From the human T2T-CHM13v2.0 reference genome, Homo sapiens, in NCBI RefSeq assembly GCF_009914755.1, contig NC_060930.1: 64,000 nt of DNA; one strand, given 5' to 3'. This document shows positions 18,716 to 38,158 of this stretch, one piece after another. Position 1 is the stretch's first letter. Each line of letters begins with the position of its first letter. Made by a program: the position numbers and the translations under genes. Below the pieces are notes generated by a model. The model saw only the letters and a list, made by a program, of their open reading frames with translations, ran no database searches and was not told the DNA's origin.

Positions 18716-18719
18716 CACC

Positions 18720-20120
<1,401 letters not shown>

Positions 20121-20663
20121 TGATCTCGAATTAGAATTAGGAGTTCTAACAAAGAGCTTCTGCTATAACTTACATATTTCTGTAGGAGGTATTCCCATGA
20201 AGTTGGGGCAGTGGGAAGGCAGAGAAGTTGCAAGGAGAAAAATCTGTCAGTAATGGAAGGCTCTTATATTGCATTCGTTTCCCAAACACTGGCATATCAT
20301 AGAGCTTCAATAAAAGCTTTTTGAATGAATGAAATGAATAAGACATTCCTCAACCAATGACTGCAGAAACTATAAAGGAATGATTCTGACATGAATATTA
20401 CAGAAAACTCCGTGAGGGTATATACTTAGGCCAAAGAATAAACAAGTGTCTGAAATTATCAGACTTTAATACTCATTCCAGTGAATGTTTCTAAAGGACC
20501 AAAGGGATGAAAAAGAGAAATTTAAAGTCATATCTAAGACTAGCTTTTTGACTTGACACGTGACTCAGCCACTTTTGTATTACCACTGCCATCTTTGAAT
20601 TAACACTGGAGAAGTATCTAGAACAATTGTGTTTTTCTCAGAGGTTGGAGGAAACGAGCATGA

Positions 20664-21700
<1,037 letters not shown>

Positions 21701-22404
21701 ACAGAGATCCTGGGGGACAAGGGTGACACCCTTTACCAGGACAAGAGGCGTATTCAGGGACAGTGGGCTGGGGTAACTCAGAAAATCAAGATGAAATTTT
21801 TTTCCCCAGAAAAATCTCAAATTTTTCTTTGTTTTAACTGATTTCCGGTTTGACACTCCACAAGCAAAGTTAATTTTTAGGAACTTCTTAAGTTTAAGGA
21901 CTATGTATTAGCACTGACCATGTGTCCCGCATTTTTGATGTATCGAGAAACAAGAGGGGCTCAGCTGTTTCTTGTCTGTCTTCACAGTCAAGGCCACATA
22001 CTTTTTCCTGCCTTTTTAAAAAAGTAAGCTCAATCAGAAAAGCTGAAAAATAGCACACAAACAGCCAAATACCCCTCACATGGATTTAACAACTGTTATT
22101 ATTTCATCATGTTTGCTTATCTCTTGATAGATAGGTAGGTAGATAAATAGACAGCAGATACCATATTTTTTTCCTAAGCCATTTGAAAGTAAGTTGCAGA
22201 TGATACGATGTATCATGCTGACACACTTCAGAATGCATCCCCTCAAAATATATATCAAGGCTAGATTTTGAAGAGAGAAGTGGTGATGCTTTTTTTTTCT
22301 TTTTTTTTTTTTTAAGCTTGACTGGGTCATTGAGAGAGACTATGTTCTGGGCATTGTATTGAAAGAAGGTAGGTTGAAGTTCAGGTAGTTTTGGAGCCTG
22401 CAAG

Positions 22405-23000
22405 TTTTTTGTATTTTTGTGTTTTTCAGACAGGGTCTTGCTCTGTCCCCCAGGCTGGTGTGCATTGGTGTGATCACCACTCACAGCAGCCTTGACCTCT
22501 GGGGCCCAAGCCATCCTCCCACCTCCGCCTCTGGAGTAGCTGGAACTACAGGCATGCACCACCATGCCCAGCTAATATCAGCCTGCAGTTTTGACTTGGA
22601 CTTGGATTTTATAACTGGCTCAACAAAATTATATCCACTGTTAGTCTGTTTGGGCTACTATGGCAAAAATACCTGAAACTGGGTGTCTTTTAAACAGAAA
22701 TTTATTTCTCACAGTTCTGAAGGCTGGGAAGTCCAAGATCAATACCTCAGCTGACTCAGTGTCTGATGAGGGCCTGTTTCCCAGTTCACAGACAGCCATC
22801 TTCTCCCTGTGTCCTCACATGGTGGAAGGGGCAAGGGAGCTCTCTGCAGTCTCTCTGTAAGGGCACTAATCCCACTCACAAGTGCTCCACCCTCATGTCC
22901 TAGTCACCTCCCAAAGGCCCCATCTGCTAATACCATCACCTTGGGGATTAGAATACCAGTGTATGAATTTGGAGGGGAGATAAGCATTCAGTCCATTGCA
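22405..23000 (-). mobile_element. Alu monomer (22405-22578) and MLT1/MST-type MaLR LTR (22640-23000)
   Basis: Antisense Alu arm; AACAGAAATTTATTTCTCACAGTTCTG ... CATTCAGTCCATTGCA. Confidence 0.75.
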
Positions 23001-24309
23001 CCCTTATTTCCAAGGCCCAGGGATAACGCTGAGCTCCTCTGTGGGTGAAGCACATTCAGCTATAAAACAGTATCTTAAGATTTTCTTCTCGAGTTAGATT
23101 TGGTACGTAGATAACGACCTTTAACTATTTGCATCTATGCAGCTTTTACTTCCACCTCCTCAACCCACTGTCTACAATTCTCACATAGAATTAAGAATAA
23201 TTTTGCATAGCAGATAATTGGCTGAGCATGCGGTATTCTTTTGACCCATTCAAGTGAATAAAATACTGTATAGGAACACTGTCACAATTTAAATGAAATT
23301 AAATTTCTTGCCCCTTTTCCTCCCCCGACCATTTAGTCTTTGGGTAGCAACAGAGATCACTAACATGATATAACAATTAATGTAGTTTTGTTTCAGGGCA
23401 TTAATTTGATACAAATTGTAATTCTGTTCTCATCAGTTCTGTAAATTGCTTTACTGTAATTACACCAAGTATTTGATCAAATATTGCCGATATTTCCATC
23501 TGTTTAGTGTATGGTATTATGATTTCAAAATTGATTCTAGATTTAGTCCAATAATTTTTAGAATGTCTCTTTCTATATAAAAGTCAATGCAGAAATAATA
23601 ATATTTTGAGATAAAAAATAAAGGCATCTTCTAGTTAATATAACAGATTTTAGTCACATTTATATTCTTTAATGTTCAGTGTATGTATCCACTACATGAG
23701 AAACTCAAGACACAAACAAAATGGTTATATTTACTGCAACACTAAGCAATATGGAACATTAAAAAGAATATGTATTCATAAACAAGACAAAAGATGGTAT
23801 AGCAACATAAAATTTACAAGAACATTATAGCTGGACTGTATAGGAAGAGCTTGACTGATTTCTTTCCACAATGCATTTTCATCAAAACTCATACATATTC
23901 AGAGATACAAATAGCATACCAGTGAATTCAATGAACTGCCACTGAAACCAAAACATTATTTCCTAGCATCTGTTTGTGGGAATTATGTAAAATACTTAAT
24001 GCAATGTGTTTTCATTGCAATCCTATTTTTGTTTCCCAAGCAGTGAATTTTCATTTAAACCAATATGTTTACCTGAGACCCACACACATGCATTTATTGG
24101 AACTGAAATACAGCTACAGATACAGGCAACACGTCTGAGGCCAAACCAATGCATTTTGATGCAACTCAGCCAATTTTCCACAACATGTGTTCTGATTCTC
24201 TAGGGATATAAAGCCCCATATAATGGTAAATGCACTGAATTGTGATGACAAGGAGGGGAAACTGATGTCTGGATTGTAAAGAAATACAGGAGCCTCAGCT
24301 CTCTGGAAA

Positions 24310-24480
24310 CCTTGCCACCAAAAGCGTGCTTCAGGGACCAGCAGCATTGGTGTCACCTGGGGAGATTGTCAGAAAGACAGAATCTCAGGCCCCACTCTAG
24401 ACCTACTGATTCAGAATCCAAATTTTAACAAGATCCCCAAGCGATTTGTTTCCACAGTAAAATTTGAAAAGCAGTGTTTT
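24310..24480. mobile_element. MER5 DNA transposon
   Basis: GGACCAGCAGCATTGGTGTCACCTGGG ... TTTTAACAAGATCCCCA. Confidence 0.75.
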
Positions 24481-24929
24481 AAAGCAAACTTCTAAATGGT
24501 CATAGTTAACTTTAGGGTAATACTCTAAGTTTTCTGAGATGGAAAGCACAGCATGGTGACTACAGTTAATAATAATGTACTATATACTTGATGAATATGT
24601 TAATTCATCAAGTTAATTACTACAAATTGGTTGTAATAATCCTTTCACAGTGTATACTTATATCAAAACATCACATTGTGCACCTTGGATATATGTACTT
24701 GTTATTTGTCAATTATACCTCAGTGAACCAGAAAAACAGTTTTCTGTGGCAAGCACTTTTCTCCAGTGGACAGAGAGTTCGGTTGAAACTAGCTTGCTTT
24801 ATATGCAAAAGCAACCCCAACCCCTTTTTCTTTTATAGGACATGTGATACATGAATTTATTTTTCTTGTGAACACTCAAAGAATTCAGAAGTCTGCTGAG
24901 CATTCTCTTCATTTTTATTAATTAATTAA

Positions 24930-25222
24930 TTTCTTTTAGAAATGGAGTCTCACTCGGTTGCCTAGGCTGGAGTGCAGTGACACAATCATAGCTCACTGTA
25001 GCCTCAAATTCCTGGGCTCAAGCAATCCTCCTGCCTCAGCCTCCCAAGTAGCTAGGATGACAGGACTATGTGCACCATCACACCTGGCTAATATTTTAAT
25101 TTTTTGTAGGGGCAGGGTTTTACTATGTTACCTAGGCTAGTCTCGAACTCCTGACCTCAAGCAATTATCCTGCCTCGGCCTCCCAAAGTGCTGGGATTAT
25201 AGGCATGAGCCACATGCCTGGA
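24930..25222 (-). mobile_element. AluJ
   Basis: Antisense Alu. Confidence 0.85.
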
Positions 25223-25550
25223 CCTTCTTTTACCAAAGTTACTCACCATCAATACTTTCACTTCCCTTTAGTTTCTTTTCTATGAATTTATGTACATATT
25301 ATATATATGCAAACATTTAAAAAACATAAGTGGGATATATTAGTATATTGTTACATATTATATACATATTATCTTTTTCATTTACCTACATGTTCCTGAG
25401 GTCTTTCTTTGTCTCTGCTGGTCAACTTCAATCTATAACCAACCGCATGGTCCTCTGCAGTATGGACACACCATAATTTCTATAGCCAGCTTCCTATTTA
25501 TGGACATTTGTATTATTTTTATTTTTGCTTCTATTATAAACAATGCCGTA

Positions 25551-25890
25551 GGACTATACGATTCTGACCCTCCCTAAACTGCTCCTAAGATCAGTGCTTG
25601 AGATATTTTGCATACCCTGCACTTGATAGATCAGCTGGCCCCACCCAGATAATAAACTGGCTCATCTGATCTTGTGGCCCCCACCCAGGAACTGACTGAA
25701 CACAACAAGACAGCTCTGACTTCCTATGATTTCATCTCTGACGAGTCAGCACTCCTAGCTCACTGGCTTCCCCCAACCCACCAACTTGTCCTTAAAAACT
25801 CTGCTCCCCGAATGCTTGAGGAGACTAATTTAAGTAATCATCAAACTCCGGTCTCCTGCAAAAATAAAAAATAAAAAATAAAAATAAAAA
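25551..25890 (+). mobile_element. Truncated, polyadenylated ERV1 LTR (LTR8-like) with LINE-type TSD
   Basis: TGATCTTGTGGCCCCCACCCAGGAACTGACT ... AAACTCCGGTCTCCTGC then A-rich tail; 15-bp imperfect TSD. Confidence 0.75.
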
Positions 25891-26789
25891 ATAAACTATG
25901 CCATATGAACATTCTTGAACATCTATCTTTTTGAGAATTTCTTTAGATTATATTCCCAGAAATGGAATTTTAGGGACAAGAGAAAGAGAGAAAAGCATAT
26001 GGTAATAGACTCACACTCAGTAGTGATCAAATGTAAATTAAACAATAGAGCCCTTTCCCTTCTTCAGGTTGGTAAAAATGAAAAAGAATGATGCACTTGT
26101 GGTAGGTGTATGAATTGGTAAAGCCTTCTAGGAAGAAAGTTTAGCAATAGCCAATCAAAAGCTTTGATGTTCAGGAAGGTGAGGTGCAGGCTGCTTCCAG
26201 GGCTGGTGGGGTTTGCCTCAGAGGGGCGGGCGTGGAGCCCCAGAAGGCCTGAGTCCCATGCCTTACAACTCGCAAACAAACCTCCTTCATTCCATGGGAC
26301 ACTTCCTTTAGGCAGGCAAGCCCCAGAGGGACAGTGAGAACTTGCTCCAGTGTCAGCAACCCCATGGCACTCACACTTCCACCTCCTCTTCCCGCGGGCT
26401 CCTTGACACCGGGGTTAGCCTGTAGCCCCCCTCTCTCTCCCGTCAGAGTGGCTTTACTTGAATTGTCCTACTGCCCTTCCCAGCACCTGGCTTTAATTGG
26501 GGCTGCTCTGGGCCACTTTGCCAGGAATCCTGAAGTTGATTTGTAGGGAACAGGGATTGAGTGACCGGGCCCTACCTCCGCTCCCCAAAAACAATGTCCT
26601 GTTCTCATGTGCTGGCCCACCTCCTCCCCAGGACCTGGGTCCCTACGCTGAACACTGAGGTGGCTTTTGCTCAGCTAGTCTCCAAGACAGCACGAGCCTA
26701 TTTTGCCTATATTGGTAAGAGTAATGGAGCTGTTCATTCCAGTTATCTTTCACTGGACTGAAAGGATTGGCTTAAAAAATTACTGTACC

Positions 26790-27635
26790 CTACTGCGATA
26801 TTGAAAAATATATATTTCATCTTCCACCTTGTTTCCCTGTGTACAACTCCTAAATTCCTTGGAATCTCCAAAGTGATGTCTTTTTTGTGTGCTGATGAGT
26901 TGACAGATGGCCGGCAGCCCATCGGTAGCTTCAGAACGGAGACTGGTCATGGGAAAGGCTAAGCCATGGTTAGAGGGTTGGGGCTTTCAGCCTCATCCCC
27001 CAACCTCTGGGAAGGGAAGAGGGGCTGAAGTAAAGTTAATCACCAATGACCAAGAGTTTAATCAATCATGCCTACATAATAAAGCCTCCATCAAAGCCCA
27101 AAAGAACCATGTTTGGAGACCTTCTGGGTAGCTGACCACGTGGAGGTTCCTGGAGGGTGTGGTGCTTGGGAAGGACGTGGAAACTGCTTCTGCCTTCCCC
27201 CATACTTTACCCTATGCATCTATTAATCTTTATCCTTTGTAATATCCTTTATAATAAATCGGTGTTTCCCTGAGTTCTGTGAGCTGCTCTAGCATATTAA
27301 TCAAACCCAAGGAAGGGCCACCGGAGGGGGCCATAGGACCCCTGATTTATAGCCAGTCAGATGCACAGATAAAACAACGTGGAGCTTGCAGTTGGCATCA
27401 GGAGTGAGGGGTGGTCTTGGGGAATGAGTCCTCAACCTGTGCCTTCTTACACTATCTCTAGGTAGCTAGTGTCTGAATTGAATTGAATTGGAAGAGTCTC
27501 GGCTAGAGTCCACAGAAGAATTGTTTGCTTCTTGGTATGTGGGGAAAAAAAACCCCACACATGCGGCCACAGAAGTCTTCTGTGTTGGGTGAGAGAATAG
27601 AAGAAACGCGTTCAGTCTGTATTTTTTTCCTCTCA
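26790..27635. mobile_element. MER21-type LTR
   Basis: CTCCTAAATTCCTTGGAATCTCCAAAGTGATGTC, GTTTCCCTGAGTTCTGTGAGCTGCTCTAGCA motifs. Confidence 0.75.
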
Positions 27636-28569
27636 GGTCTGCTGTGCTGAGACTCATGGCAAACCCCAGGAGCCACCTATGATGTGCCAGACACATAAGC
27701 CCCTCCCTCACAGGCGTGGGTGCAGCCGGGGCCGACCGCATTCCAAGGAGCATTTCCTCTGAAAGCCAGGCCAAGTGCCCGCTCTCCAGCGTGAGTCAAG
27801 CAGTGCCATGCCTCCCACACCCCTTGCATCACATCTCTGGGAATGCACAGACCTTGCTGTTACGCTCTCTCTTCCCACCCTTTATGGGTGTTTTCTTTAA
27901 GTGGCAGAAGGAAGTGGGCATGGGTTGGGAGAGGACCATGAATTCTAGTTTCTGCCATACTGCAGGTGGATTTGGGGAAGAAGAGAGTCTCCTTTCTGGC
28001 CCACACCACAGGGACATTCAGAAGCAGTTGTTAAAGGGGGAGCAGCATTGGCTGGGCCCAGGGAAGGACAAGTAGATGACTGTATAAAGCCAGGCATGAG
28101 AGCAGTTGGAATAAGTTGTTTCACTCATAAATTTATGGTGAGCCTTGTCCATATTGTTAATGGCATATTCTTGTGAAGCAGACCTACATACTTCTGAAAA
28201 GCACGGCCTTGTTCCCTGCTCAGCTAACTCTGTCTGATCTCCTGACATATATATGTGGCAATTTGGAATTCTAAGCAGAGTTCAAAATTCTAGGCCAAGA
28301 TTGGGATTTGGAGGAGAAAAGGGGCCAGTTCCAGAGCAAGGGGAAGAATAAAATCTCTCCACTGTGGACACTGAAATGAGACTGATAATGACCTATTTAT
28401 TATCCATCTAGGGCAGACCCCACAGGCAGGGGTCATGCATGGGGGAGTTCAAAACCTAGTTCATCAGGTTCTTTCCTCCAGGATTTTGGTCTAGGCAACA
28501 TCAGATGAAAACGAACACTAAGGGCAATCCTGAAGAACCAAAAGAAACTGGCAATGGACAGGTATAAAA

Positions 28570-28701
28570 GTGTGTGTGCGCGTACCTGTGTGTGCGCGCG
28601 CATCTGTGTGTGTGCGCGCACCTGTGTGCTTGCACCTGTGTGTGTGCGCGTACCTGTGTGTGCCCGTGTGTGCGCGCACCTGTGTGTGTGTGTGCACGTG
28701 C
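28570..28701. repeat. Compound (TG)n/(CG)n minisatellite
   Basis: Units like CCTGTGTGTGCGCGYA repeated about 7 times. Confidence 0.9.
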
Positions 28702-29007
28702 TGACATTCAAGGCAACAGCAGGGCTTCTTTACTACTAATCAACCTTTTTCTTCTCTGTTGGCCATGCACTTCCGTATGGCTCAGCAAACGTGCAAAGGA
28801 AGGAATAGTGGGAGTTGGAGAGGAAGAAGGCAAAACCTGGTCTATGTGTGGCTCTGAGGTTTTTGTTTGTTTTTTAAAATGTAATCCACTAAATTCACCT
28901 CTGGGACCATGTGAAATGTGACTCAGGAATGGGAAAATGATTTTAGCTCAGGAAATGCCACTGCCTTCCTAGAAATAGCTTTGGCTCAAGTGAAAAAGAG
29001 ATGGGCA

Positions 29008-31400
<2,393 letters not shown>

Positions 31401-32224
31401 CCTATGCACATTTTCACAAAGATATTTTGAACCCTAGCAGTGGGAAAGGATACTTTTTGACTGGTGACATCCCAGAGCTACCTTGAGTTCTTGTGGTTTT
31501 CAATGGATATTGCTGATTTTTGTTTAAATTTTGGTCAAATTTGTTTACATTAAAGGAGCATAGTTTTGTGTTTATTTCGGTTGGCTTGGCGACATTGTCT
31601 TAAACATGGTATGATACACATAAGCCTATAATTTTTTTTAATTAAGTGAAGTAAAAGCCTGACATTAACACTTTGTGTAGGTTTATGTAAGTAATTTATT
31701 CCTGAAACTAATGCCTCTTCAAATGGAGGGTTTTGTTTGTTTGTTTGTTTATGGGAATTTTAAGTAATTTTCAGTGCCTGAGAATGTTCTCCATAAAACC
31801 TGTAACAAAACACATAATAATGGTTCCAGTGAAAATAGTTATCTCAAAGTTGGATTGGATTTGAAATTCTAAATACCCTATGACTAGGGTATCAAAATTT
31901 AAGGTTTGGTCAAATGTAACTTTTTAGGTGTCTTGTGTATGGTACAAGTTTGAAAGTGTTTATGTGCACTACCTGTTCCATTCATCATATCTACCCATAT
32001 CTGTATCACTTAAAATGAATACTTTTAGGTTTATTAAAAAGTAACACTTCAAGCAAGCAAATGGAAATTATTTTGCAGTAACTACAAATAATAGAGAAGT
32101 ATTAACATAGAGTTGTGGGCCATGACCTAGTGGGTTGTTTGTCACTGTTTATTTTCTGCCATTTCCTAGGGGTGAATTGCATCCTGTACTGTTTACAGCC
32201 TTATCTCCAACTTTTGCAGAGTCA

Positions 32225-33522
<1,298 letters not shown>

Positions 33523-33564
33523 TCAATCCCAAGTCTCAATTTTCTTTTCAAATTCTTCACTTAC

Positions 33565-33990
33565 TATATCCGTTTCCTGTTGCTGCTGTAGCACGTTACT
33601 GTGCACTTTCTCACGGTGCAGGAGATGAGAAGTCTGAAATCAAGGAGTCAGCAAGGCCACAGTCCCTCCAGAGGCTCCAGGAGAGAATCCATTCCTTGCC
33701 TCTTCTGGCTGTCAAAATTCTGTGGCTTGGAGCCGCATGGCTCCAATGTCTGCCTCCAAGGTCACACGGCTTCCTCCTCTTCTGTCTGTGTGAAGTCTCC
33801 CTCTGCCTCTGTCTTATAAAGACACTTGTGATTGCATTTAGGATACCCCTAGAGAATCCAGGATAATTGCCTCATCCCAAGATCCTTAACTTTACATCTG
33901 TAAAGTCTTTTTTTTTTTTTTTTTTTTTGCCATATAAGGTAACACTCACAGGTCCAGGGTTAAGATGTGGATATCTTTTGGAGAGCCTAA
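33565..33990 (-). mobile_element. MLT1-type MaLR LTR
   Basis: GAAGTCTGAAATCAAGG ... GAGAATCCATTCCTTGCCTCTTC ... CCATATAAGGTAACA. Confidence 0.75.
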
Positions 33991-34689
33991 CACACACATC
34001 TTAAAAAGAGAATTTGTGCTCAGGTCCCCAGGGCCAAGACAAGGCGTGCTCTCCAGCACAGTCATGCCAATTACAACACTCAGGCAAAGCCCAAGGGGTG
34101 CTGGGGTCCTTTACAAGATGCAGTCACTTTTGTCTGGATCTGGACCTTATAACCTGAGCCTAGTGCAGCAGAGGGGGTTGGAGGAGTGAGGACTGGATGG
34201 GCCAGATGCCAGGAAGGTAAAAAGATAAATGCTGATTTGTCAGATATGAGTGCTTGGTGACTGTAGGGTTCCTGAAAACAGAAGGAAGAGAGAGGAAGGA
34301 AATATGTTTCATGAATATAAAAAGAATTTAAGTATTCACTTTAACCAAGTGATCAGGCTTAGTGTCACCAATATGAAAAAAAAAAGGTGACATTGTTCAC
34401 TTCTGGTGTGATTCAATAAGATACTCAACATCACCTGTTCAACACTCTTAACAAAGCTAAAAAGTAAATAAATAAATAAAGGTTAAATCACTTGGAAACC
34501 ATCAGACAAATCCAGAATGTGGGACATTTTATGAAACAACTGTCTTGGATGCTTCAAAATATTTCAGTACCATGAAAAAAATCTGAGGAGATTGTTCTAA
34601 ATTAAAAGGCACTAAAGACACATAGACCAAAGTAGCACTTGAACCTTAATTGGATCCTGGGTGGTGGTGGTGGTGGTTGTTGTTGTTGT

Positions 34690-35297
34690 TTTTCATTTTT
34701 TTATTATTATACTTTAAGTTTTAGGGTACATGTGCACAACCTGCAGGTTTGTTACATATGTATACATGTGCCATGCTGGTGTGCTGCACCCATTAACTCG
34801 TCATTTAGCATTAGGTATATCTCCTAATGCTATCCCTCCCCCCTCCCCCCACCCCACAACAGTCCCTGGTGTGGTGTGTGATGTTCCCCTTCCTGTGTCC
34901 ATGTGTTCTCATTGTTCAATTCCCACCTATGAGTGAGAACATGCGGTGTTTGGTTTTTTTGTCCTTGCGATAGTTTGCTGAGAATGATGGTTTCCAGCTT
35001 CATCCATGTCCCTACAAAGGACATGAACTCATCATTTTTTATGGCTGCATAGTATTCCATGGTGTATATGTGCCACATTTTCTTGATCCAGTCTATCATT
35101 GCTGGCTGGACATTTAGGTTGGTTCCAAGTCTTTGCTATTGTGAATAGTGCCGCAATAAACATACGTGTGCATGTGTCTTTATAGCAGCACGATTTATAA
35201 TCCTCTGGGTACATACCCAGTAATGGGATGGCTGGGTCAAATGGTATTTCTAGTTCTAGATCCCTGAGGAACCGCCACACTGACTTCCACAATGGTT
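34690..35297 (-). mobile_element. 5'-truncated young L1PA inserted in an old L1M
   Basis: L1 3'UTR TTATACTTTAAGTTTTAGGGTACATGTGCAC and ORF2 C-terminal peptides, frameshifted. Confidence 0.9.
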
Positions 35298-35403
35298 TTA
35301 AAAAAACAAAAAAAACAGCTATTAAGGGCATTCTGGGAACAATTAGGAAAATATAAATAGGAACTATTTTATCATAGGATATTGAATTAACATTAATTTT
35401 CTT

Positions 35404-36327
35404 TTTTTAAAATACATGTTAGCAGCAGATTTGTATTAGATGGAGGATAACAAGGGTTAGGTAAGCAGTAACAAATGGCAAGTACAGCCATGCTACAGAG
35501 GAGTGAAGGCATTACTGGGTATGGGAATGGGCACTTATGAAATCTAAGGGTCAGGTCTCCTGACGAACTCTGACCACCCAGTAAGCTCTTCTCCTTGGCA
35601 CGCAATATGACCAGTGCTGGCATGAAAGCGTCTACAGTAGCTAGTTCAACTTGGCCAACCGTTCTTCCAGTTCTGGTCGAGCTTTGAATCTTCCCTTGAA
35701 GTCTTCTTCAGTGTGCTCCTTCAACGACAATCTGACTCCTTCAGGAAGACTGCTTTGGATTATTTCCAAGAAAATCTCTGCAAACGTAGCACTCAAACTG
35801 CTGATGTGAACCACTCGCTCATGGGTGGTAAGCACTGAGTCCAGGAACGTTTTGCTGCCTTGGTCCTGCAACCACAACACTTCAGTGGTTTTGGTTGGCA
35901 TCACATAACTTTCCTCGACTTTAATGGAGAGAGAGTTGCAGAAGTTGTGAACATACTGGGCATAACTCTCTGCCAGGGTCATGTCATATGCAGGCAGGTG
36001 AATGTTTAAAACCCCATATTCATCATCTGTCCCCAAATTAATGAGTTTCACTTCCACTTTTTGCTTCTTCTCGGGCTCTTCTGCTTTAATTAGGTGCTTG
36101 TACTTTCCAATGGCGTGGGTGGGCTTTGTCTTGTAGGGCCGACTAGTACTTAGTAGAATGCCACCTACAGAATAGATGGGCTTCTCTGCTGAAGTTCTAA
36201 GCCTTAAGAGTGAAAAGCCTTGCTTAAAAGTGGTATTGTTCCTCAGGCACAGCACTTTTTCCAAGGTTCTGCTCATCCTTTGCTGCTGCATGGCCTCTAG
36301 CTGTGCAAACCGAAGACCCGCCCCCCC
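35404..36327 (-). pseudogene. MRPL48P1: Processed pseudogene of mitochondrial ribosomal protein L48; ORF 35641-36291 uninterrupted
   Basis: Protein matches MRPL48 as recalled ([11 protein letters not shown]...[16 protein letters not shown]); intronless; TSD AACATTAATTTTCTT at 35389-35403 and 36328-36342; short A tail. Confidence 0.93.
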
Positions 36328-36763
36328 AACATTAATTTTCTTAGATGTGATAATGTTTTATGTCAGAAAGAAATTTTTAATCTCACAAGATACATGTGAA
36401 GTATTTAGGGATGAAGTATCCTGGTGTTTGCAACCAACACGGAGTACAATTAAATGAAGGGTATGTGGGTGTTTGTTGGACTATTCCTCCAACTTTTCTG
36501 TAGGTTATACTTTCTTTCCACATAAAAAAGAAAAAAAATGTTGATGCTTATCTGGTGAATTTGGTGGTGCTCTTCACCAGTGATGAGTGACGGGAGTTTG
36601 TCAGTAACTTATAATTGCTGCGCTGTCTTTGGATTGCTCTATTTTCAGTAATCATCAGTAAACTGACACAGTGTGGGAGACTCACTAAGGGCCCTGGGCT
36701 AAGCCATTCTTAACGCAATACTCCTCAAAATTGAAGCCACTAATATAAATAAATTAGTTGTAG

Positions 36764-37089
<326 letters not shown>

Positions 37090-37449
37090 TGTAGTTTGCC
37101 TATTATCTGTGATTCTGTTCTCCTCTATTTGGATGGAAAACAAAGCACTAATGATGGATGTAACCTTTGTGAGCATTTTTTCACCATGAGCATTTATTCA
37201 TTCAATGAATTTGCACTGGGCAGCTACAATGGACTGCTGTAGTCACAGGGGATTCAGTGGACAGGATATGGTGCTTGCTATTATGGAGATTATATTCTGA
37301 GTAGAAGCATTAGAAACAAGCACTTAAAAAATCTACAAAGAGTGATTCTACTTACTCACTGCTCTTTTATTAACTCTCATTATATCTACCAGGACACAAG
37401 CTGAAGATGTTTACAATACCATAAAGCAGATGTCAAGATGGCTCCTGCA

Positions 37450-38158
37450 GGTCAGGCATGGTGCCTGATACCTGTAATCCCAGTGCTTTTGGAGGCCAAG
37501 GTGGGAGGATCAGTTAAGGCCAGGAGTTTGAGGCCAGTCTAGGCAATATATTAAGACACCATCAAGAAAGAAAGAAGGAAGGAAGGAAGGAAGGAAGGAA
37601 GAGAAAGAAAGGAGGGAGGGAGGGAAGGAGAAAGGAAGGAAGGAAGGGAAGGAGGGAGAGAGGGAGGGAAGGAGAATAGAAGGAAGGAGAGAAAGAGAGA
37701 GAGAAAGAAAGAGAAAGGAAGGAAGGAAGGAGGGAAAAGGAAGGAAAGGAAGGAAGGAAAGGTAGGAAGGAAGGAAAGGTAGGAAGGAAAGGTAGGAAGG
37801 AAGGAAGGAGGGAAGGAAGGAAGGAAAGGACGGAAAGAGGGAAGGAGGGAAGGAAGGGAAGGGAGGGGAGGGAAGGGAGGGAGGAAGGAAGGAAGGAGAG
37901 AGAAAGAAAGAAAGAGGGGAAGGAAGGAAGGAGAAGAAAAAGAGAAAAGAAAAGAAAGAAAGGAGGGAGGGAGGGAGAAAGAAAGAAAGATTAGTCCAGC
38001 ATGGTGGCAGTATATGCCTGTAGTTCCAGCTACTCAGGAGGCTGAGGTGGGAGGATCATTTGAGCCCAGGAGTTGGAGGCTGCAGGGAGCCGTGATCGCA
38101 TCACTGCACTCCAGCCTGGGCAGCAGAGCAAGACCATGTCTGGAAAAAAAAAAAAAAA
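37450..38158 (+). mobile_element. AluJ with arms separated by a ~425-bp GA-rich expansion
   Basis: Left arm 37450-37562, right arm 37991-38158. Confidence 0.85.
37564..37990. repeat. Polypurine (GGAA/GAAA/GGGA)n tract
   Basis: Almost pure purine on the + strand. Confidence 0.95.

Noticed and set aside
28433-28921. His/Thr- or Cys/Val-rich ORFs
   Set aside because: Translations of the TG/CG minisatellite
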